From NCBI GenBank assembly GCA_963668315.1, contig OY764216.1, positions 256,001 to 320,000 on the forward strand: a stretch of 64,000 nt of DNA. The letters are read 5' to 3'. A program made the translations under genes and the position numbers. Positions 28,823 to 38,705 of the stretch are shown piece after piece; within the stretch, counting starts at the first letter, position 1, and every line of letters starts with the position of its first letter. This DNA is from Spirochaetia bacterium (GTDB taxonomy: Bacteria; Spirochaetota; Spirochaetia; DSM-2461). The notes under the pieces are model-generated. The model was not told the DNA's origin, did not search any database, and saw nothing but the letters and a program-made list of their open reading frames with translations.

Positions 28823-29392
28823 ATGAAGAAGACATTAGCCCTTTTAACCGCCGCCCTTTTGGTAACCGCCGCCCTGACAGCCGAAGACTACGGCGCCCGC
28901 GCCGCCGGGCAGGATAGCAGCTTCTCCCTGGAAGATATGCTGCTTTACGCGTTCCAGGACGAGCATCTTGCTCTGGCCGAATACGAAGCCATACAGGAAA
29001 CCTTCGGCACGGCCAGGCCCTACAGCAACATAGCCAGAGCCGAAGAGACCCATATCGGCTATGTGGAAGGTCTCTACGAATCCCTGGGAATGGAAATCCC
29101 CTCCTTCGATGCCTCTTCCCAAATCACCCTTCCCTCCACCCTTCAGGAAGCCGCCGAAATAGGAGTACAGGCCGAGATTGAGAACATCGCCATGTATAAA
29201 ATGTTTCTGACCCAGGATCTCCCCGCCGACGTTCGGGTCGTGTTCACAGACCTCATGGAGTCTTCGGAGAAACATCTTGTCGCCTTTGAAAGGCAGGTCG
29301 ACCGGGGTGCCGTCGGCAGCGGACGGGGAAGAACCGATCTGACGTTTACCGGGAGAGGACTGAACCGCACCGACGATCATCACTGGAACTAG
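28823..29392 (+). CDS. Exported ferritin-like domain protein (DUF2202-like)
   Basis: Signal peptide; DEHLALAEY, ARAEETH, AEIENIAMY, SSEKHLVAF; SD GAGGAG. Confidence 0.8.
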   Translation: MKKTLALLTAALLVTAALTAEDYGARAAGQDSSFSLEDMLLYAFQDEHLALAEYEAIQETFGTARPYSNIARAEETHIGYVEGLYESLGMEIPSFDASSQITLPSTLQEAAEIGVQAEIENIAMYKMFLTQDLPADVRVVFTDLMESSEKHLVAFERQVDRGAVGSGRGRTDLTFTGRGLNRTDDHHWN

Positions 29393-29417
29393 GCCCTAAG
29401 GCTTACCGGATGCCCCT

Positions 29418-29463
29418 ATCCCCGTCCTTTCTGCCCTCACGGCAGGAGAGGCGGGGATTTTTC
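29418..29463. terminator. Hairpin terminator between convergent genes
   Basis: ATCCCCG...CTGCC/GGCAG...CGGGGAT stem followed by TTTT. Confidence 0.7.
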
Positions 29464-29491
29464 ATTTGCGCCCGGAAAGGATGGGGAATCC

Positions 29492-30700
29492 TCAGTATTT
29501 GATACCCAGCTGGGCGCAGAGTTCTCTCAGGAAAAAGCCCACATCGCTGACCACGCCGATAGCCTGGGCCGATCCCCTGTCGGAGAGCTTAGTCACGACC
29601 GCGGGATTAATATCCACACAGACCGTCTTTACCCAGGAGGGAGTCATGTTCCCCGTGCCTATGGAATGGAGCATGCTGGAAAGCATAAGAAGCATATCGG
29701 CGTCTTTGATGATATCGGCGTACTGCCTCTGGGCTTCGATCATATCGTTAACCGTTTCAGGCAGAGGGCCGTCATCCCGAATGGAGCCGGCCAGGCAGTA
29801 GGGAATCCCCGAACGGATGACTTCATGCATAAGTCCGCCAGTCAGATCGCCCGCCTCAATGGCCGCCTCAATCGATCCGTGACCGTAGATCCGGTTGATA
29901 GCGCGCATATGGTGGTTATGTCCTCCGTGGGTGGGCACGCCGCTTTTCATATCCACCCCCAGGGACGTTCCGTAGAAGAAGTCCTCCAGATCATGTACAG
30001 CCACGGCGTTTCCCCCCAGGAAACCCTGGATATACCCCTCCCTGATCAGGGCGGCCAAAGCATCCTTTCCGCCGGTGTGGACAACCACGGGACCGCAGAC
30101 AACGACGGTTCTTCCGCCCCGCTCCCGGATCTCCCGCAGGTCGCCGGCTATGCGGGCGGCGGCCACGGCATAGCTCCTTTCCGAGGAGACATCATTGGAC
30201 ATGAAGGAGAAGCTTTCCCCCTGTCCTTCCACCCGGGGCGGATAAACACGGACCGAATCGCTTCCGCAGAGAACCGGGTCGCCCGCTTTCAGATCACGAA
30301 GTTTGGTACAGACCAGCCGGCCGCCCTTGTTTACAATCGCCGCATCCATACGCTGCTGTTCCACGGGAACCCATTTGCCCCCCATATACACTTCGCTGCG
30401 GTGATTGGTGGTGGAATAAAAACCCACCGGCGCGTGCTTGTCCCTGTCGGCCTCCCGGAACTCCCCTTCCCCGGCGCCCTTCTCAAAGACTCCCAGGCGG
30501 GTCAGCTTGGGAAGAAGCTCCTCCGCCGGCCGGGTGCCGCTTATGGTGATTTCGGCAAAAGACGTGTCCTCCTTCTGCTTTCCGAACTCAAAACGCTTAA
30601 TCCGGTAGTCGAATCCTTCGGTAATAATCAGGTTAAGAATCTCCGAAAGAAGACCGTTATCCACAAGATGGCCTTCGCTTATTACAGTAATCTCTCCCAT
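29492..30700 (-). CDS. TIGR00300 / LOR-SDH-domain protein (ornithine cyclodeaminase-like)
   Basis: EGHLVD, FYSTTNH, FMSNDVSSER, GPVVVHTGG, GNAVAVHD, LAGSIRDDGPLP, SMLHSIGTGNMTP, VDINPAVVTKLSDRGSAQ. Confidence 0.88.
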   Translation of the reverse strand: MGEITVISEGHLVDNGLLSEILNLIITEGFDYRIKRFEFGKQKEDTSFAEITISGTRPAEELLPKLTRLGVFEKGAGEGEFREADRDKHAPVGFYSTTNHRSEVYMGGKWVPVEQQRMDAAIVNKGGRLVCTKLRDLKAGDPVLCGSDSVRVYPPRVEGQGESFSFMSNDVSSERSYAVAAARIAGDLREIRERGGRTVVVCGPVVVHTGGKDALAALIREGYIQGFLGGNAVAVHDLEDFFYGTSLGVDMKSGVPTHGGHNHHMRAINRIYGHGSIEAAIEAGDLTGGLMHEVIRSGIPYCLAGSIRDDGPLPETVNDMIEAQRQYADIIKDADMLLMLSSMLHSIGTGNMTPSWVKTVCVDINPAVVTKLSDRGSAQAIGVVSDVGFFLRELCAQLGIKY

Positions 30701-30701
30701 A

Positions 30702-31253
30702 TCAAACTCCTTTTACACTCTTCAGATAGGCGGCGATGTCAAAGGATTCCAGAGGCAGTCCTCTTTTCAGGTAAAGGGGATGATGGGGATGCCCGTCCTT
30801 TGTTCTTTTTCCGATTGAGAACCAGTCTAACCCCAATGGGGCCATAGAGCAATATAAATCTTCCAGGCAGTCCGCCAGATAGGGCCGCTTGGTAATCAGA
30901 GCCCCCCAGGCCGCCCAGACCGCGATTTCACCTCCGGGAGCAACGGCGTCCAGAAAAAAGCGCACTTCCCGGACATTCCTTTCATGCAGAGCCCTGTTAC
31001 AGGCGGAATCCATGCCGTTCGGATCGGTGGACCGCTGGGGATAAAGATTAACGGTACACCAGCCGTCAAACCCCAGATCGGACGCCCGGTTCATAACGGT
31101 GGTGACCGTGGGATCCAGTTTTTCCGGCGAAGCCGTACTGGGGTTCACCCCTATGGTCAGCAGCAGGCGTTTCCGGGCGGGACGGCCCAGAAGGAACCGG
31201 GCAGAATTGTCTTCATTGATCGAATAAATCCACTCATCCGTCCGATCGGCCAT
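30702..31253 (-). CDS. DUF1643 domain protein
   Basis: IGVNPSTA, DPT, NLYPQRSTDP, AAWG, TKDGHPHHPLY. Confidence 0.85.
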   Translation of the reverse strand: MADRTDEWIYSINEDNSARFLLGRPARKRLLLTIGVNPSTASPEKLDPTVTTVMNRASDLGFDGWCTVNLYPQRSTDPNGMDSACNRALHERNVREVRFFLDAVAPGGEIAVWAAWGALITKRPYLADCLEDLYCSMAPLGLDWFSIGKRTKDGHPHHPLYLKRGLPLESFDIAAYLKSVKGV

Positions 31254-31262
31254 GGAACACTC

Positions 31263-31928
31263 CTATTCGTTTTTATTGATTTCGGCCAGGATGGATTCCA
31301 GATCTGTCCGGCTTATCTCCCTGGCCCTTACCGGCGGCGGAGACAGAACAAAGATATGGTCGGACAGCATGCGGGCCGTGTAATAATCGTGGGTGACCAG
31401 CAGCGCCGTACTCCCCTCAAGACGCTTTTTCAGCAGGCGTATGAGGGACTCCTTCATCTCCTGATCCAGGGAGGACAGAGGCTCATCCATCAGCATAATA
31501 TCGTAATCGCTCAGAAGGGCCCGGGCCAGGCCGACCCGACGGGCCATTCCTCCTGAAAGTTCCCGGGGAAACTTGCGGGCGGCTCCTTCCAGCCCCACCA
31601 GGGAGAGCATATCCCGGGCTCTTGCTTTTCTCTCATGCCGCCCCAGGCCGCCGGGCTGGGCATAGACGAGGTTTCCCGCAGCCGTCAGCCAGGGCAGAAG
31701 GCGGGGTTCCTGAAACACATAGGATACACGGGGGGAGTCCCCTCCCCTCTCATAAAGGATCTCTCCTTTATCGGCTCCCATCAGTCCTGCGGCCATATTC
31801 AGGAGAGAGGTTTTCCCGCAGCCCGACGGTCCCAGAAGGCAGGAAGTCTTTCCCTCGGGCAGATCCAGGGAGAAATCGTCATAGAGGAGGAGATCTCCGA
31901 ATTGCTTACTCAGACCGGTTATTTTCAA
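31263..31928 (-). CDS. NitT/TauT-type ABC transporter ATP-binding protein
   Basis: GPSGCGKTS, VFQEPRLLPWLT, LSGGMARR, MDEP. Confidence 0.9.
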   Translation of the reverse strand: MKITGLSKQFGDLLLYDDFSLDLPEGKTSCLLGPSGCGKTSLLNMAAGLMGADKGEILYERGGDSPRVSYVFQEPRLLPWLTAAGNLVYAQPGGLGRHERKARARDMLSLVGLEGAARKFPRELSGGMARRVGLARALLSDYDIMLMDEPLSSLDQEMKESLIRLLKKRLEGSTALLVTHDYYTARMLSDHIFVLSPPPVRAREISRTDLESILAEINKNE

Positions 31929-32670
31929 TTCTGTACTTCCTTTCCACGAGCGCCAGCAGTCTGTCCAGACCGGCTGTCATCAGGATAACCAGCAGAGACC
32001 AGGCGAACACGCCCTCCGTATTCAGCCTGGCCCTTTCCACCTGGAACATGGTGCCGATTCCCCTGTCCGGCTGGCTCAGGACTTCGGCTGAGATCATGAC
32101 TTTCATGGAGAGTCCCAGGGCAGAGACCACCCCGGTCAGCAGGGACGGCCTCAGGGAGGGCAGATAAAAGTGGAACAGACGCCTGAGGGGAGGGATACGA
32201 AACAGATGGTTCATCTCCATAAACTGCCGGTCCAGGGACTCCACCCCGCCCAGCACGGCCTGGTAGAGAATGGGAAAAACAATAAGGGAACTGACAAAGA
32301 CCGCCGCCGCTTCCGAAGAGAACCAGATCAGCGACAGAAGGATAACCCCCATGGTGGGTACGGACCGCAGAACGGTGACCAGGGGAGACAGAAAGAGCTT
32401 GAAAGGCTCGAAAAAACCGGCCCCCATTCCCAGTACCCCGGCGGCCAGCAGATTAATGCAGAAGGCAGTCAGGGTACGCTGAAGAGTTCTGAGAATCGCC
32501 AGCCAGACTTCCCTGTCCTGAAGCAGTACGAATACATACTTGACCGTGGCATCGGGAGAAGGAAGGATAATAGGTTTGGCGATGACAGCGGAAGCGATCT
32601 TCCAGATAATGAGGATCAGCAGGGCCGATCCCCACAGGAACCACCTCCTATTCGAGGTAGAAATCGTCAC
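31906..32670 (-). CDS. NitT/TauT-type ABC transporter permease
   Basis: ILPSP, LRSVP, KVMISAE motifs; about 6 TMs. Confidence 0.88.
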   Translation of the reverse strand: MTISTSNRRWFLWGSALLILIIWKIASAVIAKPIILPSPDATVKYVFVLLQDREVWLAILRTLQRTLTAFCINLLAAGVLGMGAGFFEPFKLFLSPLVTVLRSVPTMGVILLSLIWFSSEAAAVFVSSLIVFPILYQAVLGGVESLDRQFMEMNHLFRIPPLRRLFHFYLPSLRPSLLTGVVSALGLSMKVMISAEVLSQPDRGIGTMFQVERARLNTEGVFAWSLLVILMTAGLDRLLALVERKYRIENNRSE

Positions 32671-33649
32671 CGGGCAGAGCCCCTCCGATCGTATTGGGAT
32701 TAAAATCCAGAAGAACGTTATAGTAATCTTCCAGATCTTTCCGTGCTTCGGCGGCAGGGGTGAAGATCATATTGCAGCCGGGTATGGACTTTGCCAGGAT
32801 GGGCGCGGGCAGTTCGGCCATGAGAGTGGCTCCCAGGGCGCCCGCCTCGACGGGATTCTCCCCCATCCAGGCGACGGAACGGGCGAACTCGTCAATAAAG
32901 GCCTGAACGTATTCGCCGTGATCCCGGGCCAGAGCACCGGAGACGACCAGAGTCACCTGGGGATAGCCCGTTTCCGTTCCGTATAGCTCGGACCAGGCGG
33001 CCTGAAGGTCGATCATGACATGGGTATCGGGCTTTTTGGTTTTTACCACGGACAGCATGGGTTCGGGCATGATGGAGAACCGGCTTTTGCCGGTCAGAAA
33101 AGCGGGGGCCAGTTCGGAAGAGGCTCCGACGTAGTGAAGGGACATATCCTTGTCGGGATCAAGGCCGTTTTGGGCCATCAGATGGCGCAGAACGATATCG
33201 GGAGTAAGACCGCGGCCCAGCATGTAGACCTCCTGGCCTTTCATATCCTCCCAGCCGGCTTCGGGATCGGTCGATACCAGGAAAAGATTTCCCCAGACGA
33301 CCACTCCGGCCACTTTGAGATCGATGCCCTTACTGTAAAGGACAGAGGCAAGATTGGAGGGAATAACGGCGATATCCGCCTCCCCTTTGATCATTTTGGA
33401 AGCCACCAGATCGGCGGCGTTGACAACTTCTATTTCATGGGTGTAGCCGGGCAGCAGCTCCTTCTCGGAAGCGGCGAAGCCGGACATAGCCAGGGCGGGT
33501 GTGCCGGAAGGGGCCATCACGCGGATAGTCACGGGCTCCGCGGCGGGTTCGGGCTGAACGGCGGGGACGGTTTTGTCGTCGGTCTTGCCCGAAGCGAACA
33601 ATCCCCCAACGGACATCAGAACAATCAGAATCAGAAAATACCTTTTCAT
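32648..33649 (-). CDS. NitT/TauT (SsuA/NMT1-like) ABC substrate-binding protein
   Basis: Signal peptide; [45 protein letters not shown]. Confidence 0.85.
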   Translation of the reverse strand: MKRYFLILIVLMSVGGLFASGKTDDKTVPAVQPEPAAEPVTIRVMAPSGTPALAMSGFAASEKELLPGYTHEIEVVNAADLVASKMIKGEADIAVIPSNLASVLYSKGIDLKVAGVVVWGNLFLVSTDPEAGWEDMKGQEVYMLGRGLTPDIVLRHLMAQNGLDPDKDMSLHYVGASSELAPAFLTGKSRFSIMPEPMLSVVKTKKPDTHVMIDLQAAWSELYGTETGYPQVTLVVSGALARDHGEYVQAFIDEFARSVAWMGENPVEAGALGATLMAELPAPILAKSIPGCNMIFTPAAEARKDLEDYYNVLLDFNPNTIGGALPGDDFYLE

Positions 33650-33862
33650 CGAACGATACTCCTTAGTATGGATTATAGGTGTTCCTTGAATCTAACAGCG
33701 GCAGGGGGAAAAGTAAAGGCGGGAAATGGGATTATAGGATATTTTTTTATTCATATATTTCCCGGAGCCCCGGTATTATTATGTAAAAATATAAAACTAA
33801 TTCCCTTTACCTTTCCTAAGTTAATGATTATTTTGAATTCATATTCATTGAAGGAGATGTAT

Positions 33863-34750
33863 ATGAACCATAAACAGCTTGAACGAATGGAAAGGGGAAA
33901 AGGTTTTATCGCGGCTCTGGATCAGAGCGGCGGAAGCACTCCCAAAGCCCTGTCGTCTTACGGCATTACTCCTGAATCATACGCTTCTGAAGAGGAGATG
34001 TTCAGTCTGGTACACCAGATGCGCACCCGAATCATCAAAAGCCCGGCCTTCGGCAAAGAGAGGATTCTCGGCGCTATTTTATTTGAAAGAACCATGGATA
34101 ACGATATAGAGAACAAATACACCGCCGATTTCCTCTGGGAGGAAAAGGGAGTGGTTCCCTTCCTCAAAATAGACAAGGGACTGGCCGGAGAAAAGGACGG
34201 GGTACAGCTGATGAAGCCAATCCCGGGCCTGGACGATCTGCTCTCCAGAGCCCTGGAGCGGAACATATTCGGAACAAAGATGCGTTCGGTGATCAAGGAA
34301 TACAACGAGGAGGGCATAGGAAAAATAGTGGATCAGCAATTCGAATTAGCCGGGCGGATAGCCTCCCGGGGCCTGGTACCGATTATTGAACCGGAAGTCG
34401 ACATCCACTGCCCCGACAAGGAAAAGGCAGAAACCTTTCTTCTGGGAAAACTGCTCGAAGGGCTTGGGAAAATGGACAGCGGCGCCAAGGTTATCTTCAA
34501 ACTGACGATTCCCTCCGAGGCCGATCTCTACCTGCCCCTGATGGACGCCAAAAAGGTCGTCCGCGTTGTCGCTCTCTCCGGCGGATACTCCCGGGAAGAG
34601 GCCAATGAGAAACTGGCCGGAAACCACAAACTCATAGCCAGTTTTTCCCGGGCCTTGTCGGAAGGGCTGAGCGCCGGGCAGACCGAGGATGAATTCGATT
34701 CGATGCTCGACGGCACCATTGAATCGATCTACCAGGCTTCTATCACCTGA
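33863..34750 (+). CDS. fda: Class I fructose-bisphosphate aldolase
   Basis: Start reassigned to MNHKQLER (SD AAGGAG); [46 protein letters not shown]. Confidence 0.93.
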   Translation: MNHKQLERMERGKGFIAALDQSGGSTPKALSSYGITPESYASEEEMFSLVHQMRTRIIKSPAFGKERILGAILFERTMDNDIENKYTADFLWEEKGVVPFLKIDKGLAGEKDGVQLMKPIPGLDDLLSRALERNIFGTKMRSVIKEYNEEGIGKIVDQQFELAGRIASRGLVPIIEPEVDIHCPDKEKAETFLLGKLLEGLGKMDSGAKVIFKLTIPSEADLYLPLMDAKKVVRVVALSGGYSREEANEKLAGNHKLIASFSRALSEGLSAGQTEDEFDSMLDGTIESIYQASIT

Positions 34751-34764
34751 GTTTTGAATCCATA

Positions 34765-34790
34765 TCCCCGGCGCTGTCGAACCGGGGGTA
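34765..34790. terminator. Hairpin between convergent fda and Nramp genes
   Basis: CCCCGG-10nt-CCGGGG. Confidence 0.5.
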
Positions 34791-36053
34791 TTATTTGAGA
34801 AAGCTGATGAACAGCATGATGTTCAATACGGTAATGACAAGGGCGATAGCCCACAGAAGGATGTTATCAAGAAGTGAGTTTTTAAACCTTCCCATCACCT
34901 TTTCTGAAGAGGTCAGATAAAGCTGGACAAAAACAGTGACGGGAAGCTGAATGCTCAAAAACATCTGGGAATATATCAGACCGTCGAAGGGGTCGCCGAT
35001 AAAAAAGATAAGCACCGTGGCCAGCCCCAGAATCCCGGCGACTCCCGCCTTGGTATGAAAATCCCTTATGTCGTAGGGTTCTTTGAAAATCCCGGCGAAG
35101 ATACTGCCCCCGGCCATGCCCGCCGTTGTTGTCGATGAGATCCCCGAAAAAAGCAGGGCAATGCCGAAAACGACGGCCGATCCGCCTCCGAGCAAAGGGG
35201 TAAGAAGATGCTGGGCCTGCTCCAGCTCGGTCACCTGTATGCTGTTTTTGAAGAACGCGGAGGCGGCGAGAATGATCATGGCGCTGTTGATGGCCCAGCC
35301 GATGAGCATGGAGACCAGGGTATCGGTGAATTCGAACTTCAACTGTTTTTTGATGATTCTGTCGTCTTCCTTGTTCCATTCCCGGCTCTGAATGATCTCA
35401 GAGTGGAGAAACAGGTTATGGGGCATGACCACCGCCCCCAGAACAGACATGACGATGGGAAGAGATCCCTCGGGAAGGCTTACGGTGAACCATCCGCGGA
35501 CGGCCTGATGCCAGTCCACCTCGACGATGGTAAGTTCATAGAGGAAAGCGAAACCGATAATCGAGACGAAGCCTATGATCAGTTTTTCCAGTTTTCCGTA
35601 GGAGTTGGAAAAGAGCATCCAAAGCACCAGCGCCAGCACGAGTACGGCGCCTAGCTTCATGGGTATCCGGAAAAGCATATTAAGCGCTATGGCCCCTCCC
35701 AGGATCTCGGCCAGAGCGGTCGAGACGGCGGCGAGGACGGCGGTTCCCAGTATGACTTTTCCGACCCGGGGGCCGAGATGCCTGCTGGCCGCTTCGGAGA
35801 GGCAGTCCCCCGTGACGATACCCAGATGGGCGACGTTATGCTGGAGGATGATAAGCATGATCGTCGAAAGAGTGACCATCCACAACAGGGTATAGCCGTA
35901 ATCCGACCCGGCCGCCATATTGGAAGCCCAGTTTCCCGGATCGATGAATCCCACGGTGACGAGAAGCCCCGGCCCGATATATTTGAGGATATCCCTGGCC
36001 CCTTTTATCGGGTTATGGAATTTCGTGCTGAACTTTTCCTGTATGAGTCCCAT
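34791..36053 (-). CDS. mntH: Nramp-family divalent metal (Mn/Fe) transporter
   Basis: GPGLLVTVGFIDPGNW and GAVVMPHNLFLHS metal-binding motifs; about 11 TMs. Confidence 0.88.
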   Translation of the reverse strand: MGLIQEKFSTKFHNPIKGARDILKYIGPGLLVTVGFIDPGNWASNMAAGSDYGYTLLWMVTLSTIMLIILQHNVAHLGIVTGDCLSEAASRHLGPRVGKVILGTAVLAAVSTALAEILGGAIALNMLFRIPMKLGAVLVLALVLWMLFSNSYGKLEKLIIGFVSIIGFAFLYELTIVEVDWHQAVRGWFTVSLPEGSLPIVMSVLGAVVMPHNLFLHSEIIQSREWNKEDDRIIKKQLKFEFTDTLVSMLIGWAINSAMIILAASAFFKNSIQVTELEQAQHLLTPLLGGGSAVVFGIALLFSGISSTTTAGMAGGSIFAGIFKEPYDIRDFHTKAGVAGILGLATVLIFFIGDPFDGLIYSQMFLSIQLPVTVFVQLYLTSSEKVMGRFKNSLLDNILLWAIALVITVLNIMLFISFLK

Positions 36054-36090
36054 AGTATGCCACTCCCCCTATCGGTAAGAAAACAATTGT

Positions 36091-36112
36091 AAATTAGACA
36101 AGAGCTATAGTT
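36091..36112. promoter_or_regulatory. Candidate DtxR/MntR-family operator upstream of the Nramp gene
   Basis: AAATTAG-acaagag-CTATAGTT imperfect palindrome about 40 nt upstream of the start. Confidence 0.4.
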
Positions 36113-36173
36113 CCTTAAATCTCCCTTTTCGTCAAGTTCTCTGAAGAGAGGAGAACCGGTGCCTTCCCTATTT

Positions 36174-36794
36174 CTATCCTCCCAGCTTCTCTGCGGAAAC
36201 GGCCCGGACCACCCGGATGCCCCCTCCGATAGCCGTTGATTCCGCAACGGGAAGCAGGCCCGCCTCAAGCATCAGACCGTCCAGTCCCCCCCGCTTCTGG
36301 TAACTCAGAAATCCCCGGTAGTGATCTCCCCCGGCCAAAAATTCCGCAAAATGGAGGATATGACCTTTCAGATTGGGGGGAAGGGGCGAGGCGTAGTCCA
36401 CGAGAAGAAGCTCCCCGGCGCACCGCTTCATCTCCGCCAGTACGGGCAACCGGCTTTCGGGAGGCATTTCATGCAGGGCGAGGCTTATCATGGCCATATC
36501 AAAGGAGTTATCTTCCAGATGGGGCAGCCGGGAACCGTCGCCGTTTTGAAAGTCCATATGACGGCGGGCCTTCATTCGGGACAGGCGTCCCTTGCTGCCC
36601 CGAATCATTTCATCGCTTTTATCCACGCCCAGATAGGATGATACCCTGGGCGCCAGCCGGAATCCCATATCGCCCGTACCGGAAGCGATTTCCAGAAGGG
36701 AAAATCCTTCGGGAACCGCATGAAAGACCCGTGAGCGCAGGGAGACCAGCAGAGGATCCAGAATATGCCGGTAAAAAGAATAACCTATGCCCAT
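36174..36794 (-). CDS. Class I SAM-dependent methyltransferase
   Basis: LLEIASGTG, GVDKS, SFD, SLALHEM; ATG 36794 with AGGAG SD. Confidence 0.85.
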   Translation of the reverse strand: MGIGYSFYRHILDPLLVSLRSRVFHAVPEGFSLLEIASGTGDMGFRLAPRVSSYLGVDKSDEMIRGSKGRLSRMKARRHMDFQNGDGSRLPHLEDNSFDMAMISLALHEMPPESRLPVLAEMKRCAGELLLVDYASPLPPNLKGHILHFAEFLAGGDHYRGFLSYQKRGGLDGLMLEAGLLPVAESTAIGGGIRVVRAVSAEKLGG

Positions 36795-36870
36795 ATGCGA
36801 CACTCCTATATATCAATAAACATATTAAAAAGGTAAGCAAGATTCGGGAAATTGTCAAAAGAATATAAAG

Positions 36871-36886
36871 ATTAATCTATGTTAAT
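36871..36886. promoter_or_regulatory. Candidate operator for the adjacent Crp/Fnr regulator
   Basis: ATTAAtctatgTTAAT palindrome about 45 nt upstream of the acyltransferase start. Confidence 0.4.
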
Positions 36887-36931
36887 GATTTTACTCTCCC
36901 CATGTATTAAGTTCCCCTCCAGGAGTTTACA

Positions 36932-38089
36932 ATGTCAAAGAAAACCATAACCCATGCCGAAAATCTCCCCCGAAGGGAGTTCTACCTTGATTGGATAAGA
37001 AACGGAGTGGTCCTTATTCTCATTCCCTTTCATACGGCCGTCAGCTTTTCCCATATAGGGAAAGGATATGTCTATACCCCCCGGCCGGCGGATTCCTGGT
37101 TCTACATCTTCATTTCCGATTTTTTCAATCTGTGGATAATGAGGCTTCTGTTCTTCGTTTCGGGGATCTCGGCCTCCTTCTCCCTGAAGAAGCGGACAAA
37201 CAGGGACTTTATCCTCGACAGATTTAAAAGACTGATCCTACCGGTACTCTTTCTGATCTTCACGCTGGGCCCTGTCTCCGGGTATATTCTGGCCGTTAGC
37301 CGGGATGCTTTTTCCCGCTCCTTCCTGAGTTTCTACCCCCTTTTCTTTACTCAGCCGAAGAAATATCTGTTCTGGGGGCATATGTGGTACTGCGTCTATC
37401 TCTTCATTTTTTCCCTGATATACCTTCCCCTGCTCTCTTTTCTGAAAAAAAGACCGGCTGTCACAGACGGGATAGGCCGCTTCCTGACAAAGGGAAACCG
37501 TATATTCCTGCCCATGGCCATTATCATTCTTCTCGAAGTAATCCTGCGCCCGTTCTACCCGGGATACCAGTCCTTTGCGGGAGACTGGGCCAATGTGGCC
37601 GTGTACTCCGCCTTCTTTCTCCTGGGTTTTATCATGGCGCTCAATCCGGGGGTCTTAGAGCGGATCCCGGATAAAAGAGTGCCCTTCCTGACGGCGGCGG
37701 TAAGCGCCTCCCTTCTCTATCTCTATTGTAAAAGATTCCTTTTCACCGATGAATCATACGGGCACCTGGCAGTACTGAGCGCCCTCTGGGGAACGGCGGC
37801 CTATGGCTGGGTATTCTCCCTCGCGGGCATACTTAAAGAGCGGGCGAACCGAAACAGCGTCCTTCTGGCTTATCTCTCAAAGACGTCATTCTCTCTGTAT
37901 CTCTTTCATTACCTGATTCTTTCTCTGCTCAATTATTTTCTTCTTAAGACGTTCCTGCCCTATTTTGCCGTCTGGTTTCTCACGACTGTGGGAACCTATC
38001 TTATCTTTGCCATTCTTTTTGAGTTTCTCCTTAAAAAGAGCCGAATCATTGCCTATATATGTGGGATACCCTATAAAACCCGTGTATAA
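36932..38089 (+). CDS. Acyltransferase-3 family membrane protein (OpgC/MdoC-like)
   Basis: REFYLDWIR...PFH, MRLLFFVSG, DRFKRLILP, GHMWY, SFSLYLFH. Confidence 0.88.
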   Translation: MSKKTITHAENLPRREFYLDWIRNGVVLILIPFHTAVSFSHIGKGYVYTPRPADSWFYIFISDFFNLWIMRLLFFVSGISASFSLKKRTNRDFILDRFKRLILPVLFLIFTLGPVSGYILAVSRDAFSRSFLSFYPLFFTQPKKYLFWGHMWYCVYLFIFSLIYLPLLSFLKKRPAVTDGIGRFLTKGNRIFLPMAIIILLEVILRPFYPGYQSFAGDWANVAVYSAFFLLGFIMALNPGVLERIPDKRVPFLTAAVSASLLYLYCKRFLFTDESYGHLAVLSALWGTAAYGWVFSLAGILKERANRNSVLLAYLSKTSFSLYLFHYLILSLLNYFLLKTFLPYFAVWFLTTVGTYLIFAILFEFLLKKSRIIAYICGIPYKTRV

Positions 38090-38095
38090 TACCCC

Positions 38096-38701
38096 ATGCG
38101 TCTGATCGGGTATGAGGATTTAGAAACAAACTGGCTAAATGAGCTCGGGGAAAATTTCCCCCATATGAATATTCCCGCCGGGGAGCAGCTTAAGTTTAAA
38201 AAACTGCTTTCGGGCCTCTCTCTGGAAAGGGGGGAGCATCTGATAAACGAGGGCGATATTCCCCGGAGAATAGCCTTCGTCGTTTCCGGAATATTCCGGG
38301 CCTACTACCTGACCGAGTCGGGGGTCGAGAAAACCATTGTCTTCAGGGAGAAAGGCAGAGCCCTATCGGCCTATTCGTCCTATCTGACAGGCGATTCCGC
38401 CAAGTTTTCCATACAGGCACTGGAAAAAAGCCTGGTCCTTTTTATTACCATAAAGGATTTCGAAATGCTCCGCTCGGGCGATTCCTCCTGGGAACGCATC
38501 AGGGGAGAATATTTTACCAATCTCTTCATCGAAAAAGAGAGCCGGGAGCGGGAACTCATGAGCGATGATGCGGAAACCCGGTATAATCAATTCCTCCGGG
38601 ATTATCCGGGGCTGATTGACAGGATCAACCACTACCATATCGCTTCCTATCTGGGAATCAGCAATGTAACCCTGAGCAGGATTCGCCACGGGAAAGGATA
38701 A
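38096..38701 (+). CDS. Crp/Fnr-family transcriptional regulator
   Basis: cNMP-type domain (INEGD, FVVSGIFRAYY, IQALE) and HTH HIASYLGISNVTLSRIR. Confidence 0.9.
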   Translation: MRLIGYEDLETNWLNELGENFPHMNIPAGEQLKFKKLLSGLSLERGEHLINEGDIPRRIAFVVSGIFRAYYLTESGVEKTIVFREKGRALSAYSSYLTGDSAKFSIQALEKSLVLFITIKDFEMLRSGDSSWERIRGEYFTNLFIEKESRERELMSDDAETRYNQFLRDYPGLIDRINHYHIASYLGISNVTLSRIRHGKG

Positions 38702-38705
38702 AATC

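Noticed and set aside
33020..33862. Apparent N-terminal extension of the aldolase
   Set aside because: Antisense to the binding-protein gene; a strong SD marks the start at 33863. The same applies to the miaB extension from 23654.
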